A DNA stretch of 64,000 nucleotides from Cyanobacteria bacterium P01_D01_bin.156 (GCA_039024555.1 JBCCQQ010000032.1:1-64000), one strand, 5' to 3'. Positions 10,417-21,413 are shown, numbered from the stretch's first letter. A program made the numbers and translations. Notes: generated from the letters alone by a model not told the origin.

Positions 10417-11805
10417 ATGCCTCAAGAAAATTCGCAAACTCTTATCACATCACAATTTACGACGACTCCAGCCGCCATTCAAAACCGTAATCCTGATCTT
10501 GAAGAAATCCAGGGACCGCCAGCGTTAGAGAATATTCCGCCAGGGCTGGTGCCAACGGTGTTGAATATGGCAGAGCTCTTTGGCTCGAAATTACCCAGTG
10601 ATATTAAATATACGCAAGCCCCAGTTACGAATTCCAAGTTGCAGCCTATGGCATTTTTTGCCAGCTACGATGAGGGCTACTGTGGTCATTTTACGATCCC
10701 CGGTGGTGATGGGGCTGCGGCTAAATTTGAGCAGGTAGTGGAGCAGGAAAATCCAACTGCTTTTATTAAAGAAAACTTAAATTTTGGAGAGTACGACAAT
10801 GGCGAGTGGATTATCTTCGTCCCAGGCTTAAACACGCTGCATACCCGTAAGCCTGGTTGGGAATTTGAACAAACTGCACCCCAGCGTCTAGCAGACCAGT
10901 ATCAGCCGATTCTGGAAACGCAAATGAGTCATCTTCATTTGGGTACCGATATGGATCAGGGGGATGCGGTTGTTCCTCTGACGATGGAAGGTAAGGCGTT
11001 GTTGGAGCAAAACAGGTCAGCGTTACAGGCTGGTGGGTTGATGCCAGATGTTCAAGGGGACTCTGCCATATTTAATGCTCGTCAGCGCGATCGCGTTGAA
11101 ACGTTATTGGCTCAGAAGGGTTTAGCACGTCCTCTGTTTCGAGACCATGCTGTTAAGTTGTTGCAGGCTAATGAGACGGCTAAGCTACCTATGGTCTGGA
11201 TGCCCTACAGCCGAGGCTCATCCGAGCTGAGTGGTGCTCTCAGTACCTACATCCAGAGCTATGTATCGCGCCATCCTGAGCTGCCTCAAGAGGAAGCCCA
11301 GGCCCAGATTGAGGAGTTTTTGCGCACTTATCTAACGGTGGTAACCATTGGTAATGCCATTCGGGAGTGGCCAGACGGGCCAGCCTATGTGCATTATTCC
11401 TCTCGGAGTAATCGACCGGAAGGTGGCACAGATCCGCTCACTAATGATACGGGTGTGCACATTGATGCTCCAGAAGGAGCCGGGCGAGATGCTGTTTTTC
11501 TCCATGCTGATGGTCTATTTTCTGGCTTTGATGCCCACAATTTTGGTGCTTCTGGTGCAGGTACGCTAAAGCTAATTATGGAAATGAATGGCTTTAAGAC
11601 CTATCGTCAGCTGTGGCAGCAGGGACAGATTGGTGAGATTAAGGTGCCAAATTATCAACAGATTGCGGCGCAGGTTGTGATGACCGATGGGGGCCATTGG
11701 ATTTGGTCTAATAATGAAGCCTGGCGCGGTGTTCATCTTCCTTCTTACTACGAGGCGCAACAGATTCTTGCTAATACTTTTGGTGCTGAGTCAATCACTG
11801 CTTAG
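10417..11805 (+). CDS. Hypothetical protein, possibly a divergent alpha/beta hydrolase
   Basis: 462-aa ORF with RBS-like AGGA. FVPGLNT, PYSRG, DPL and AHNF occur in catalytic-triad order. Confidence 0.7.
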   Translation: MPQENSQTLITSQFTTTPAAIQNRNPDLEEIQGPPALENIPPGLVPTVLNMAELFGSKLPSDIKYTQAPVTNSKLQPMAFFASYDEGYCGHFTIPGGDGAAAKFEQVVEQENPTAFIKENLNFGEYDNGEWIIFVPGLNTLHTRKPGWEFEQTAPQRLADQYQPILETQMSHLHLGTDMDQGDAVVPLTMEGKALLEQNRSALQAGGLMPDVQGDSAIFNARQRDRVETLLAQKGLARPLFRDHAVKLLQANETAKLPMVWMPYSRGSSELSGALSTYIQSYVSRHPELPQEEAQAQIEEFLRTYLTVVTIGNAIREWPDGPAYVHYSSRSNRPEGGTDPLTNDTGVHIDAPEGAGRDAVFLHADGLFSGFDAHNFGASGAGTLKLIMEMNGFKTYRQLWQQGQIGEIKVPNYQQIAAQVVMTDGGHWIWSNNEAWRGVHLPSYYEAQQILANTFGAESITA

Positions 11806-12244
11806 TGAGAGGACTCAACTAGTGTCAAAAGAGCGAGTCTACTATCTACATATAGAATACTGACTTTTTTAAACCAACATTTGAAAAGTGTTACCTTTTT
11901 CCATACCTGGGTTTTGAAATCTACCCAGGTAAATATTGTTATTGGGCATGATCTTGAGCCCACACGCATCCACTGCGCTTAGTATCAATGTGAAAGCCAG
12001 AATACTTGCGATAAAAATTTCTTGACCCAGATGTTTAGCCGCCATAATTGGAGCTTTAGGATCGTGCATTACTGCACTACGACTGTTATCGATACCACGC
12101 ACTACACTGACAAATTCGGAATGAGTATGCATCGATAATACTCTTGAAGCTGATGCGTATTCAAGACTTTAGCGAATCAATAGCATAAGGCGCTAAAGAC
12201 CAGCAGTGAGATTTTGGCAGGAATAGGCCCAATAGGCTAGTTTT

Positions 12245-13042
12245 CTAAAACAGATGATCTCCTTTATTACAATGATTGCTGCCACTGGGAGGTACTGTTG
12301 CTCGCCAGCATGTTGGGTACTTGGATGTGCCTTTAGTATCTGACTTGTCAACGGGATTCACGTGCTGTTCTGCTGGTATCACACGCTCTTCCATAGGAAT
12401 GCTGGGCGTATCAGCAATCTGGTTTGGCAACAAGGCGTAAGGATCATATCCTAATGCTTTGACAAGGGCTGGATCGATCTCGCCTTCAATAAGACCTGCT
12501 GCCAAACGCTTTGTGAAAGCAGTTTGTTTAAGGTTGGTTTTATTCGTTAAGACTGTGTTGAAGGTCAAAGCTGAGTTATATTGGGCTACCTCTAACATTG
12601 GCATTACGGCCAGCAAGCTCTGCACAATTAACCAGTCATTGACTGCCGAATGATAGGACAAGGATGTAGATTGTGATACCGCTGTGTTATTCTCGATTAG
12701 CGCAGTGTAAGATTCATTGAAATTAATCTGCGTTTCCTGGTTATAAGTATGATCCGTTTGATGAAGCTGCTGGGTGTGGTTCTGCGGGCATAAGTCTGAA
12801 TCAGTAACACTGTTCCCATTCCCAATCTGAGTCAGATTACAATCTCCTTCTATAACTGGAGACGCTCCTCTGTAAACATCACCTGCTTGATCGCCATCAT
12901 TAGAAAAGCGTGCCAGGATATCCTGAACGTTTGCTAGCCATGTCGGGATGTTGGTGATAATAAAAAAGGCCAGACTCGTAAGTGTTGTTGCGATAACGCT
13001 GGCCTTCGCAACATTTTTGTGATGCTTTTTGTTGTTTGCCAT
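12245..13042 (-). CDS. Hypothetical protein with N-terminal membrane anchor/signal
   Basis: 265-aa ORF with a basic N-terminus and a hydrophobic stretch; no recognisable domain. Confidence 0.6.
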   Translation of the reverse strand: MANNKKHHKNVAKASVIATTLTSLAFFIITNIPTWLANVQDILARFSNDGDQAGDVYRGASPVIEGDCNLTQIGNGNSVTDSDLCPQNHTQQLHQTDHTYNQETQINFNESYTALIENNTAVSQSTSLSYHSAVNDWLIVQSLLAVMPMLEVAQYNSALTFNTVLTNKTNLKQTAFTKRLAAGLIEGEIDPALVKALGYDPYALLPNQIADTPSIPMEERVIPAEQHVNPVDKSDTKGTSKYPTCWRATVPPSGSNHCNKGDHLF

Positions 13043-13514
13043 GGTTATGAATTATTAAGGACTCGCTGAAATCCAGGCCCTCAAGATGTGGGATATGGAG
13101 CTGAGTGAGTCATGAACCTATGTGTAGCGTAAGCACTGACGATGAAAAAACTGCAGCATCGGATAAACTTTGACTGCGCGAAATCACGTTAGCATTGCCT
13201 TATCGACTTAGCTAAGGAAACCACATGAGTGGTTCTTGAGAGAACTATTTGAATGCACATATGTTTGTAGACAAGCCTTTCGCTCATTGTGAGCGCGCGT
13301 ATGCTTGAAGGCTGAGTAAGCTTTTAGATTTCATCCGAGTAAGCAGAGATGACAACCGTTCTATCTGTTCGAATTCAGGCAATAGAACAGTTACTGTGAG
13401 ATTATCCGACAACTTAAGTGATAATCATCACTGTCGATTGCTGGGTAGCGGTTGAAAATGCAAGAAGGTAAGTGGTTCTGGACATAGGCGTATATGTTTA
13501 TGAACTGCTTAAGC

Positions 13515-13552
13515 GAGGCCGCCTCTGATCCAGGTGGCCTCTTATTTGTTTT
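13515..13552 (+). terminator. Intrinsic terminator-like hairpin
   Basis: GAGGCCGCCT-ctgatcc-AGGTGGCCTC followed by TTATTTGTTTT. The G-U pair forms only on the + strand. Confidence 0.65.
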
Positions 13553-13595
13553 GTAGAACATTAATATTAACGTTACTTAGATCTACAGGCCATGT

Positions 13596-13611
13596 TGTGA
13601 CTCAGATCACG
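13596..13611. promoter_or_regulatory. CRP-family-like site
   Basis: TGTGA-CTCAGA-TCACG, a 9/10 match to TGTGA-N6-TCACA. Confidence 0.4.
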
Positions 13612-14072
13612 ACGTTGTCTGTTGTTGAGTATGCCTATTTTTACCTATACGTAGATGCGATCTTGTATCTAGGGTTTGTGAAAAGTACGCTCAAGAGAAA
13701 CTGGTAGTTATTGAACCTTTTTATTTACAGGCAGTTTTAACGCTTAGATCTGTATCTAGTAGATTGTGATGAGGATCGATTTCAGACAAACTTTCACTAC
13801 TAGTAACGAGGTAAAAGACCCCCTGTATACAAAAAAATATCAACTTCAGTATATATACTTAGAATTTTGATGCTATTCACACAGCACAAAAGTTAATACT
13901 GTAACCTCATGTATCTGTCTTTGATTCTTGCCGATGTAAGCCTATGGCTTTGACTTGGTACAAGGTTGATTTTTGCTTAGCGCTGGCTATGTAGGGCAAA
14001 ATTCATAAATACCCTTCTTTGAAGACTACCCAGAATATACTTGTCTCAAGTAGAAACCAATATAAACTGGCA

Positions 14073-15434
14073 TCAAAAGAATTTCAGATAGCGTTGGATT
14101 TCCCAATCCGACACATGGCAGTGATATTCCTCCCATTCCTGCGTCTTAAAATCCACATAGGTCTGATACATCAGGGGACCCATGACCTCCTTGCTAAGTG
14201 GATCAGCCGCAAACCCATCAATGGCTTCCCCCAAAGTCTTTGGCAATGTTTCAATCCCCATTGCCTTTAGCTCCTCTAGCGAATACAAATACATATTCTC
14301 CGTATGGGGCTCACCCGGCGATAATCCTTCCCGAATCCCCTCTAACCCAGCCGCCAAAATCATTGCTGCCCCCAGATAGAGATTCGTCGAAATATCCGCC
14401 GCGCGACATTCCACTCGACCCCCACCCATGGGAATCCGTAGCATATTGGTACGATTGTTGTTGCCGTAGCAAATATAAACCGGAGCCCAGGTAAACCCCG
14501 ACATACTGCCCTTGCGTACCAAACGCTTATAGCTATTTACCGTCGGGCATGTCACCGACACAATGGCCTTCGCATGTTTCAGCACCCCAGCAATAAACTG
14601 GTACCCTAATTTCGATAGCCCACGGGGGTCGTCAGGATCTTCAAAGAGATTTTTCCCAGTTTCAAGATCTGCTAGCGACATATTGTAGTGGGCACCACTC
14701 CCCGTCTGGTTCGCAAACGGTTTGGGCATAAAGCTGGCAAAATACCCCTCTTCCCGTGCTAATTCCTTCACCATAAACCGGAAGAATGTGAGCCGGTCGG
14801 CCATCTTTAGGGCATCACAGTAGGTAAAATCCGTTTCAAATTGACCCTGGGCATCCTCATGATCAAAGGAATACACATCCCACCCCAGACCATTCATGGC
14901 ACTGACAATCTTATCTAGGATTTTGTAGTTATCTAAAACCGTGGGCAGGGCATAGGCCGCTTTGGGTAGCGTGTCGCGATCGCTAACTGGACCAAACCCC
15001 GTTTCTGTCTCTTTGAGAATAAAGAACTCTGTTTCAATCCCCAAATTAAAGCCATAGCCCATCTCCGCCGCCTGCTTCAGCACATTCTTCAGAATGGTGC
15101 GACAACAGGCTTCAAACGGTTCACCCACCAAATATAGATCGCTAGCAAACCAGACGATTTCAGAGTTCCAGGGCAGTATGGTTGCACTGTCCGGGTCGGG
15201 CATTGTCCCCACTTCATCATCATTAATCTCCTGGGGCACGCCATCTAGTGCTGCCCCAGTAAACAATTCCGACCCCTGCACCATTCTGTCAAAATGGCTC
15301 ATGGGAACAACTTTTCCCTTACACATGCCGTGGATATCCACAAAGCTTGCCATGGCATATTTAACCCCCTTTTCTATTAGGGATTGTTGAAGTGAGGTTA
15401 ATTCGGTAGAAAGAGGTTTGAGGTCGGGGTACAT
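14073..15434 (-). CDS. GlnT-type glutamate-ammonia ligase family protein (gamma-glutamylamide/GMA synthetase-like)
   Basis: GIETEFF, DHEDAQGQFE, FMPKPF..TGSGAH, NNRTNMLRIP and RVECR motifs. ATG 15434 (MYPDL) is preferred over the ORF-track start at 15533. Confidence 0.88.
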   Translation of the reverse strand: MYPDLKPLSTELTSLQQSLIEKGVKYAMASFVDIHGMCKGKVVPMSHFDRMVQGSELFTGAALDGVPQEINDDEVGTMPDPDSATILPWNSEIVWFASDLYLVGEPFEACCRTILKNVLKQAAEMGYGFNLGIETEFFILKETETGFGPVSDRDTLPKAAYALPTVLDNYKILDKIVSAMNGLGWDVYSFDHEDAQGQFETDFTYCDALKMADRLTFFRFMVKELAREEGYFASFMPKPFANQTGSGAHYNMSLADLETGKNLFEDPDDPRGLSKLGYQFIAGVLKHAKAIVSVTCPTVNSYKRLVRKGSMSGFTWAPVYICYGNNNRTNMLRIPMGGGRVECRAADISTNLYLGAAMILAAGLEGIREGLSPGEPHTENMYLYSLEELKAMGIETLPKTLGEAIDGFAADPLSKEVMGPLMYQTYVDFKTQEWEEYHCHVSDWEIQRYLKFF

Positions 15435-15564
15435 GGAAGGAAAAAGTGGTAGAGGCAAATGGGGACGATTCTTCAGGGGGAGCGACTTTTGGCAGCCTTG
15501 ACCCATAAGAGCAATTAAGCAAAATGCTCTCACTATTCCAAGATCTGATAGTTGTTACTGTTCC

Positions 15565-16299
15565 CTAAACAGAAACAACATTCTGAGTTGATTGAGCTTC
15601 GATACATAGAGGTAACCAACTGTCGACTACCTGTTCTGCAAAGGCAGCAGCTCCCTCGATATGAGTTGTTATCTGCGCTTGTATTTTCTTATCCAATTCA
15701 GGATAGTGGGTGTCGATCCAGTCACTCTTGGCCGCTAACCAATCGGCAATAATCTCTGGTGTGACTTCCAGATGAAACTGAAATCCGTAGATATTAGTGC
15801 CAATGCGATAGGCCTGATGCTTGCAGATATCGTTAGTCATTAACAGAGTAGCTTGCACTGGCAAATTAAACGTATCAAAGTGCCACTGCATAATGTGTAA
15901 ATCATCGGGGCAGTTCTGCAGCCAAGGTTCTGTTGCGACAGAATCTATCACTTTTAGAGGAGAAAAGCCTAATTCGGGGACACTGTGGGGTTGTACCCGA
16001 GAACCAAACGCACGGGCAATGAGCTGTGCTCCTAAACAGACGCCCATGATAGGTTTGTCTTCAGCATGGAATTGGTGGATGAGTTCAACCACCTGCTTAA
16101 GATGAGGGTATGTCTCATCTTCATGGGCATTCATCGGACCACCTAAGATAATGAGTCCATCAAAGTTGCCACTGGGTGACTTTTCTTCTTGTTCTGGCAA
16201 CCAGTTAGTGAGCTCGGTTCCGCGCTCAATCAGCTGGTTACCTAAAATACCAATGGGGTCTCGCACACTATTCTGAATAACAAGAATTTTAGCTGTCAT
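15565..16299 (-). CDS. Class I glutamine amidotransferase-like protein (possible gamma-glutamyl hydrolase)
   Basis: ILGGPM, GVCLGAQ (Cys nucleophile) and FQFHLE (His-x-Glu). Confidence 0.9.
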   Translation of the reverse strand: MTAKILVIQNSVRDPIGILGNQLIERGTELTNWLPEQEEKSPSGNFDGLIILGGPMNAHEDETYPHLKQVVELIHQFHAEDKPIMGVCLGAQLIARAFGSRVQPHSVPELGFSPLKVIDSVATEPWLQNCPDDLHIMQWHFDTFNLPVQATLLMTNDICKHQAYRIGTNIYGFQFHLEVTPEIIADWLAAKSDWIDTHYPELDKKIQAQITTHIEGAAAFAEQVVDSWLPLCIEAQSTQNVVSV

Positions 16300-16784
16300 A
16301 TGCTCGCCTCACTCTAAACTGCTAACGTAAGCTGCAAAAATACCGTCGGTCTGCGGAGTAATTTTTGTCGTCATCATTTAACAATGCCTAATTAACTTCA
16401 GAAACTCTGTTCGATACATACGTTGATTGTTATCTTTGCTGTTCAAAAAGAATGAAAGGTATAGGAAAATATCTATAGCCAAGATATACATTAATTCATA
16501 TTGCTATTTATTCTGTCCATGAACGATGTTGATTATCTTTCAGTCGCTTTCTTAGGACGCTAAATTAATTACTTTTATAAAAAAGTGCCAGGCTATACAA
16601 CCTTGTCGAGTAAAGCAGTACACACTTGGCTTTTAAGAGCGAGCAATTTACCAAAAGAATAGAACTTTTGAGCATACTGGACTAGGTTGCTGGCAGATTC
16701 TTTTTGTTTTTTCAAAAGTGCTTTTGGTCGCTGACGTTCAACTTATTTGACACTTGTAAAAGCTAAACTTCAGGAACACTACCT

Positions 16785-18230
16785 ATGATAGGTTTTCTCA
16801 ACGATCTGCTGTGGGGCAAGGTCCTCATAGTGGTTTTAGTAGCCGTTGGGTTGCTCTTCACCATTTCGTCTCGCTTTGTTCAGTTTCGTTATTTTGGTCA
16901 GATGTTTGCCATTATGGGGCAAGCAACTCAACATGAGTCCGGTGGGCATCTGAGTTCTTTCCAGGCTTTAGTGCTTAGTGTGGCGGGCCGAGTAGGTGCA
17001 GGTAACATTGCAGGTGTTGCGGTGGCGATTACCTTGGGCGGTCCCGGTGCCGTTTTTTGGATGTGGGTAATCGGTTTAATTGGCATGTCCACAAGCTTTT
17101 TTGAATGTACCTTAGCTCAGGTATTTAAGAGTGCTGAACCGGATGGTACCTATCGCGGAGGACCCGCTTACTACATCAGACGCGGTTTGGATAAATGGTG
17201 GCTGTCTTCGCTATTTTCTATCCTTTTGTTAGTCACCTTTGGCTTTAGCTTTAATGCTTTACAGTCTTATACTGTGGCAGCCTCCCTTAACGATACGTTT
17301 GGCATTCCTCCCCAGATTACGGGCTTTATTTTGTTAATCGTTTTAGGGGTAACTATTTTTGGTGGCGTTAAGCGAATCGCTGAAGTTGCCGAGTTTGTTG
17401 TGCCGATTATGGCCGTTGGATATTTTCTGATGGCGATGTTCATTATTGTCACCAATCTAGGCAGCATTCCCGGTGTGTTTGCTCTGATTTTTAAGAGTGC
17501 CTTTGGTGTACAGCAAGCTGTTGGCGGTGGTATTGGCACAGCCATCATCTTTGGTGTTAAGCGAGGTCTGTTTTCTAATGAAGCAGGTTTGGGTAGTGCC
17601 CCCAATGTGGCAGCTGTCGCCTATGTTAAACATCCTGTCAATCAAGGGATTGTTCAGGCCTTTAGCGTATTTATTGACACCATTGTGCTGTGCTCTTGTA
17701 CAGCGGCCATTATTCTGCTGTCCACGGTTTACGAACCTGGTTCTGATGTCGGCGGTATCACCATGACTCAGGCTGCCATGGCTGACCATGTAGGGGAGTG
17801 GGGGCGAGCGTTTGTCACTATCGCCCTGGTGCTTTTTGCCTTTACGTCCATGATTTACAACTACTACCTTGGGGAAAACAGCCTAAACTTCTTTAGTGAA
17901 GAAAATAAGATGTTGTTCAATGGCTTCCGAGTTGTAACGTTAGCACTCATTGTTTGGGGCGCATCCCAAGATTTAGGGACTATTTTTGGCTTTGCCGATG
18001 TCACTATGGGATTCTTGGCGTTAGTGAACTTGGCTGCCCTTGTTCTACTGTTTAAGGTCGGGTTAAAAGTGATGCGAGATTTTGACCAGCAGATTAAAAA
18101 TGGTGTGCCGCAGCCGGTTTTTGATGCTAGAAAATTTCCTGAGCTTAACCTTGACGCAGAGGCGTGGGCTGCAAAGACCCCTGAACCTGCTATGGCAGCA
18201 TCCATATCATCCGAGGTACAAATGCCCTAG
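16785..18230 (+). CDS. Alanine/glycine:cation symporter (AGCS family)
   Basis: GRVGAGNIAGVAVAI..GGPGAVFWMW and RGLFSNEAGLGSAP signatures. Confidence 0.93.
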   Translation: MIGFLNDLLWGKVLIVVLVAVGLLFTISSRFVQFRYFGQMFAIMGQATQHESGGHLSSFQALVLSVAGRVGAGNIAGVAVAITLGGPGAVFWMWVIGLIGMSTSFFECTLAQVFKSAEPDGTYRGGPAYYIRRGLDKWWLSSLFSILLLVTFGFSFNALQSYTVAASLNDTFGIPPQITGFILLIVLGVTIFGGVKRIAEVAEFVVPIMAVGYFLMAMFIIVTNLGSIPGVFALIFKSAFGVQQAVGGGIGTAIIFGVKRGLFSNEAGLGSAPNVAAVAYVKHPVNQGIVQAFSVFIDTIVLCSCTAAIILLSTVYEPGSDVGGITMTQAAMADHVGEWGRAFVTIALVLFAFTSMIYNYYLGENSLNFFSEENKMLFNGFRVVTLALIVWGASQDLGTIFGFADVTMGFLALVNLAALVLLFKVGLKVMRDFDQQIKNGVPQPVFDARKFPELNLDAEAWAAKTPEPAMAASISSEVQMP

Positions 18231-18413
18231 TAGCATGGTCTGAGTCTTACGTGAAGATAATAGTCAGGGGTTAGAAGCTTATCTCTCGGTTCTTCTAGCC
18301 TCCGATTATTACGACAGTTGGCCACTGAAATGGATATTCTAAATACTTCTAGATATTCGTTCATCTGCTTAGATTTTCCCTAGATGTGAATAAATATAAG
18401 TTCAAATAAAACC

Positions 18414-18429
18414 TGTAACTAAAGCTACA
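18414..18429 (+). promoter_or_regulatory. NtcA-type binding site upstream of the second GlnT-like gene
   Basis: TGTA-ACTAAAGC-TACA (GTA-N8-TAC). A TACTGT -10-like hexamer sits at 18453, 24 nt after the TAC, slightly longer than canonical spacing. Confidence 0.6.
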
Positions 18430-18484
18430 ACCTCACCCCATTAAGGCTGTTTTACTGTCAGTAAATGCCCAGAGGCCTTAGTGT

Positions 18485-19810
18485 ATGGTGGGAACGCTTA
18501 CGCAGACTGAAACGCTTGTTGAAAAAGCAAAAGAGCTTGGTATCAAATTCTTTCTTGTGTCCTACACAGATTTGTTGGGAGGAACGCGAGCCAAACTAGT
18601 TCCGGCAACTAAAATTGCGTCAGTAGAGCAAGATGGTGCCTTTTTTTGTTCTTTCGCATCTAATTTGGGTTTGGGACCTGATGCTCCCGAGATTGCCGCT
18701 GTTCCCGATCCAGACTCGTTGATTCAGCTACCCTGGGAGCCAACAGTGGGCTGGGTCGCCAGCGATGTGTATTTCGAAGGTAAACCCTTTGACGCTGCGC
18801 CCAGGATGATGCTCAATCGAGTGTTAGATGAGTGTAGCGAGCTAGGCTACACCTATAAGGCAGGGGTGGAAGCGGAGTTTTTCTTACTTAAGAAAACGGA
18901 GACAGGCTACACCATCGCCGATGAGAAAGATGTGGCAGAACGTCCCTGTTATGATCAGCTGAATTTAATGCGTCAGTTTGATCTGATTTCTACCCTAGTG
19001 GACTACATGGAACAGCTGGGCTGGGGTCCTTACCAATGCGATCATGAAGATGCCAACGGCCAGTTTGAGCTGAACTGGACCTACAGCGATGCTCGCACGA
19101 CTTGCGATCGCCACGTCTTTTTTAAGTATATGGTCAAAACCCTGGCGGAACAGCGAGGGTATACGGCAACATTTATGCCCAAACCCTTTAGCCACATAAC
19201 CGGTAACGGCGGTCATGTTCACAACAGCCTCTGGCAGGGTGAGGCCAACAGTTTTGAAGAAGGTGCTGACGATGGCGGATTATCAACCGTTGGCTACAGC
19301 TTTTTAGGCGGTGTTCTCGCCCATGCCAAAGGCTTGGCGGCTCTATTTGCACCAACGGTTAATTCCTATCGTCGTTTGGGAGCTAGCATGACGGCATCGG
19401 GTAGTACCTGGTCTCCGCGCTATGTTTCCTACGGTGGTAACAATCGTTCCCATATGATTCGTATTCCTGAAGCAGGCCGGTTTGAATGTCGGTTAATTGA
19501 TGGTTCTGCTAATCTATACCTTGCCTTGGCAGGGTTGCTAGCCGCAGGTCTAGACGGCATTAAAAAACAAACTTCTCCAGGTAAACGCATCGATGAGAAC
19601 CTGTTTGCCCGTGGTGATGAATTTCCTGATCTAGAAACCTTGCCAACAAATCTCTATGAGGCCTTAGAAGCTCTCAAGAAGGATGAGTTAGTCATGGAGA
19701 TGCTAGGGGAACTGGGAGCAAAGACATTTTTTGAGTTTAAACAAAAAGAATGGCATGCCTTCTGTTCTCAGGTAACTGACTGGGAGATGAATCAGTACGT
19801 TAACATTTGA
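18485..19810 (+). CDS. Second GlnT-type glutamate-ammonia ligase family protein
   Basis: RAKLVP, GVEAEFF, DHEDANGQFE, FMPKPF..TGNGGH and NNRSHMIRIP motifs. Confidence 0.9.
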   Translation: MVGTLTQTETLVEKAKELGIKFFLVSYTDLLGGTRAKLVPATKIASVEQDGAFFCSFASNLGLGPDAPEIAAVPDPDSLIQLPWEPTVGWVASDVYFEGKPFDAAPRMMLNRVLDECSELGYTYKAGVEAEFFLLKKTETGYTIADEKDVAERPCYDQLNLMRQFDLISTLVDYMEQLGWGPYQCDHEDANGQFELNWTYSDARTTCDRHVFFKYMVKTLAEQRGYTATFMPKPFSHITGNGGHVHNSLWQGEANSFEEGADDGGLSTVGYSFLGGVLAHAKGLAALFAPTVNSYRRLGASMTASGSTWSPRYVSYGGNNRSHMIRIPEAGRFECRLIDGSANLYLALAGLLAAGLDGIKKQTSPGKRIDENLFARGDEFPDLETLPTNLYEALEALKKDELVMEMLGELGAKTFFEFKQKEWHAFCSQVTDWEMNQYVNI

Positions 19811-19844
19811 TTTGTAAGGTGTTGATGCTGGGCGGCACTTGGTT

Positions 19845-19942
19845 TTCCTTGTCAAGGGGAACCGTCAGGGAGGAGTTTTGAACAGTCTTGCCAGTAGTCG
19901 AGGACCCCTCCGCCTACGACACCTCCCCTTATCAAGGGGAGG
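19845..19942. repeat. GC-rich REP/SDR-like palindromic element
   Basis: TTCCTTGTCAAGGGGAA and CCTCCCCTT-ATC-AAGGGGAGG hairpins in an intergenic gap. Confidence 0.55.
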
Positions 19943-19986
19943 ATTATTTTAGAACTGTATGAATGTGATATTCGCTTCTCAACGTT

Positions 19987-21168
19987 ATGTCTTCTGGCAT
20001 TAGTACCTATAGTTTTCCCACCAAAATACGGTTTGGCCCTGGCGCTCGTCATGAGCTCATAACAGAATTGAGTGCTCTAGGCATTCAGCGACCGCTGATA
20101 GTCACGGATCGAGACATTGCCAAACTTTCTTGGTTTCCTACCATTGAATCAGCCATCACCGATATCCCCTCAGTCACCTTTAGCGGTCTCTGGGGTAATC
20201 CAGTGGTTTCCCAAGTCACCGCTGGGGTAAGTGCTTATCAACAACATCATGCTGACGGCATTGTTGCTGTGGGTGGTGGTGCTCCGATGGATGTGGCCAA
20301 GGCCATTGCCCTTATGGCCAACCATCCTGGTCATTTATTTGATTATGAAGACGATAACAGTACCCGGCCCATCGATCAGCCGATCCCGGCTATTGTGGCT
20401 ATTCCGACTACGGCAGGCACCGGCAGTGAAGTAGGCCGCAGTGCCGTTATTTCAGACGATGCGACCCATGCTAAAAAGATTGTTTTTGACCCGCAGCTGT
20501 TACCGAAAGTGGTACTCGCTGATCCAGAACTGCTGCTAGGTTTGCCAGCTAAGATTACGGCGGCTACGGGGATGGATGCGCTGACCCATTTAATTGAAGC
20601 TTTTCTGGTCAAGAGTAACAATCCTTTATGCGATGGCATTGCGTTGGAAGGTATCTATCTGGTGTCTCAGCACCTTCGGGATTGTGTCGAATTTGCTAAG
20701 AAACAGGGTGTGGATGAAGAGGTTAATCCGGTGGCTCACTTACGGGCACGTTCAGGGATGCTCAATGCATCGATGATGGGTGCGATCGCATTCCAAAAAG
20801 GTCTGGGTGTGACCCATTCCTGTGCCCATGCCCTCTCTACCGTCTGCGACACTCACCACGGTTTGGCCAATGGCATTATGTTACCTGCCGCTATGCGATT
20901 TAACCTAGATGCTGAACCCGATAAGTTTCTTCGCATGGCCCGGGTGGTGAAGCCCAGTGCAACTAGCGGTCAGGAACTCATCGACTGGATTGTCACCCTT
21001 TCTCAAGCTATTGATATTCCCCCCTCTCTTCAAGCTCTGGATGTTTCTACAGAAACCGTCGATAAACTTGTTAGTGTCGCCATTAACGATGTCTGTCATC
21101 CAATGAACCCCAGGCCAGTGGCCAAAGAAGACTTCTACGCCATTTATCAAGACGCCCTTGCCGCATGA
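19987..21168 (+). CDS. Iron-containing alcohol dehydrogenase
   Basis: GGGAPMD, PTTAGTGSE, DALTHLIE, HSCAH and HHGLAN. Confidence 0.93.
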   Translation: MSSGISTYSFPTKIRFGPGARHELITELSALGIQRPLIVTDRDIAKLSWFPTIESAITDIPSVTFSGLWGNPVVSQVTAGVSAYQQHHADGIVAVGGGAPMDVAKAIALMANHPGHLFDYEDDNSTRPIDQPIPAIVAIPTTAGTGSEVGRSAVISDDATHAKKIVFDPQLLPKVVLADPELLLGLPAKITAATGMDALTHLIEAFLVKSNNPLCDGIALEGIYLVSQHLRDCVEFAKKQGVDEEVNPVAHLRARSGMLNASMMGAIAFQKGLGVTHSCAHALSTVCDTHHGLANGIMLPAAMRFNLDAEPDKFLRMARVVKPSATSGQELIDWIVTLSQAIDIPPSLQALDVSTETVDKLVSVAINDVCHPMNPRPVAKEDFYAIYQDALAA

Positions 21169-21413
21169 CCTGCAAATGGTGGGTAATGATTCCACCATTT
21201 GTTGAAATTTCTTTATGTCCTAAAACGCTCGCAGAAACCGATCCGAAACCTATATAATCGACCCCGCCGCAACCCCAAATCAATGGCACTGAGGATAACC
21301 TAGTACGTTGGGTTGTAGGGCGGCGTTCCGGCCCTGCCCAGGGGGGTTGGGGAACACGGAGGGACCCCAAGCAACACCTTTATCCCACCACCAACATTCC
21401 AAGCCGTTATCCT

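Noticed and set aside
11869..12132. 87-aa minus-strand ORF as a gene
   Set aside because: It has one hydrophobic stretch but no clear RBS or motif; insufficient support.
16585..16598. NtcA site upstream of the AGCS transporter
   Set aside because: GTG-N8-TAC is imperfect and there is no good -10 at the expected spacing.
14073..19810. Calling either GS-like gene the housekeeping glnA
   Set aside because: Both carry GlnT-type motifs (DHEDAxGQFE) and sit in a catabolic context.
21169..21300. Remnant of a REP-associated tyrosine transposase
   Set aside because: Only a faint ETYII...W resemblance across broken frames; not supportable.
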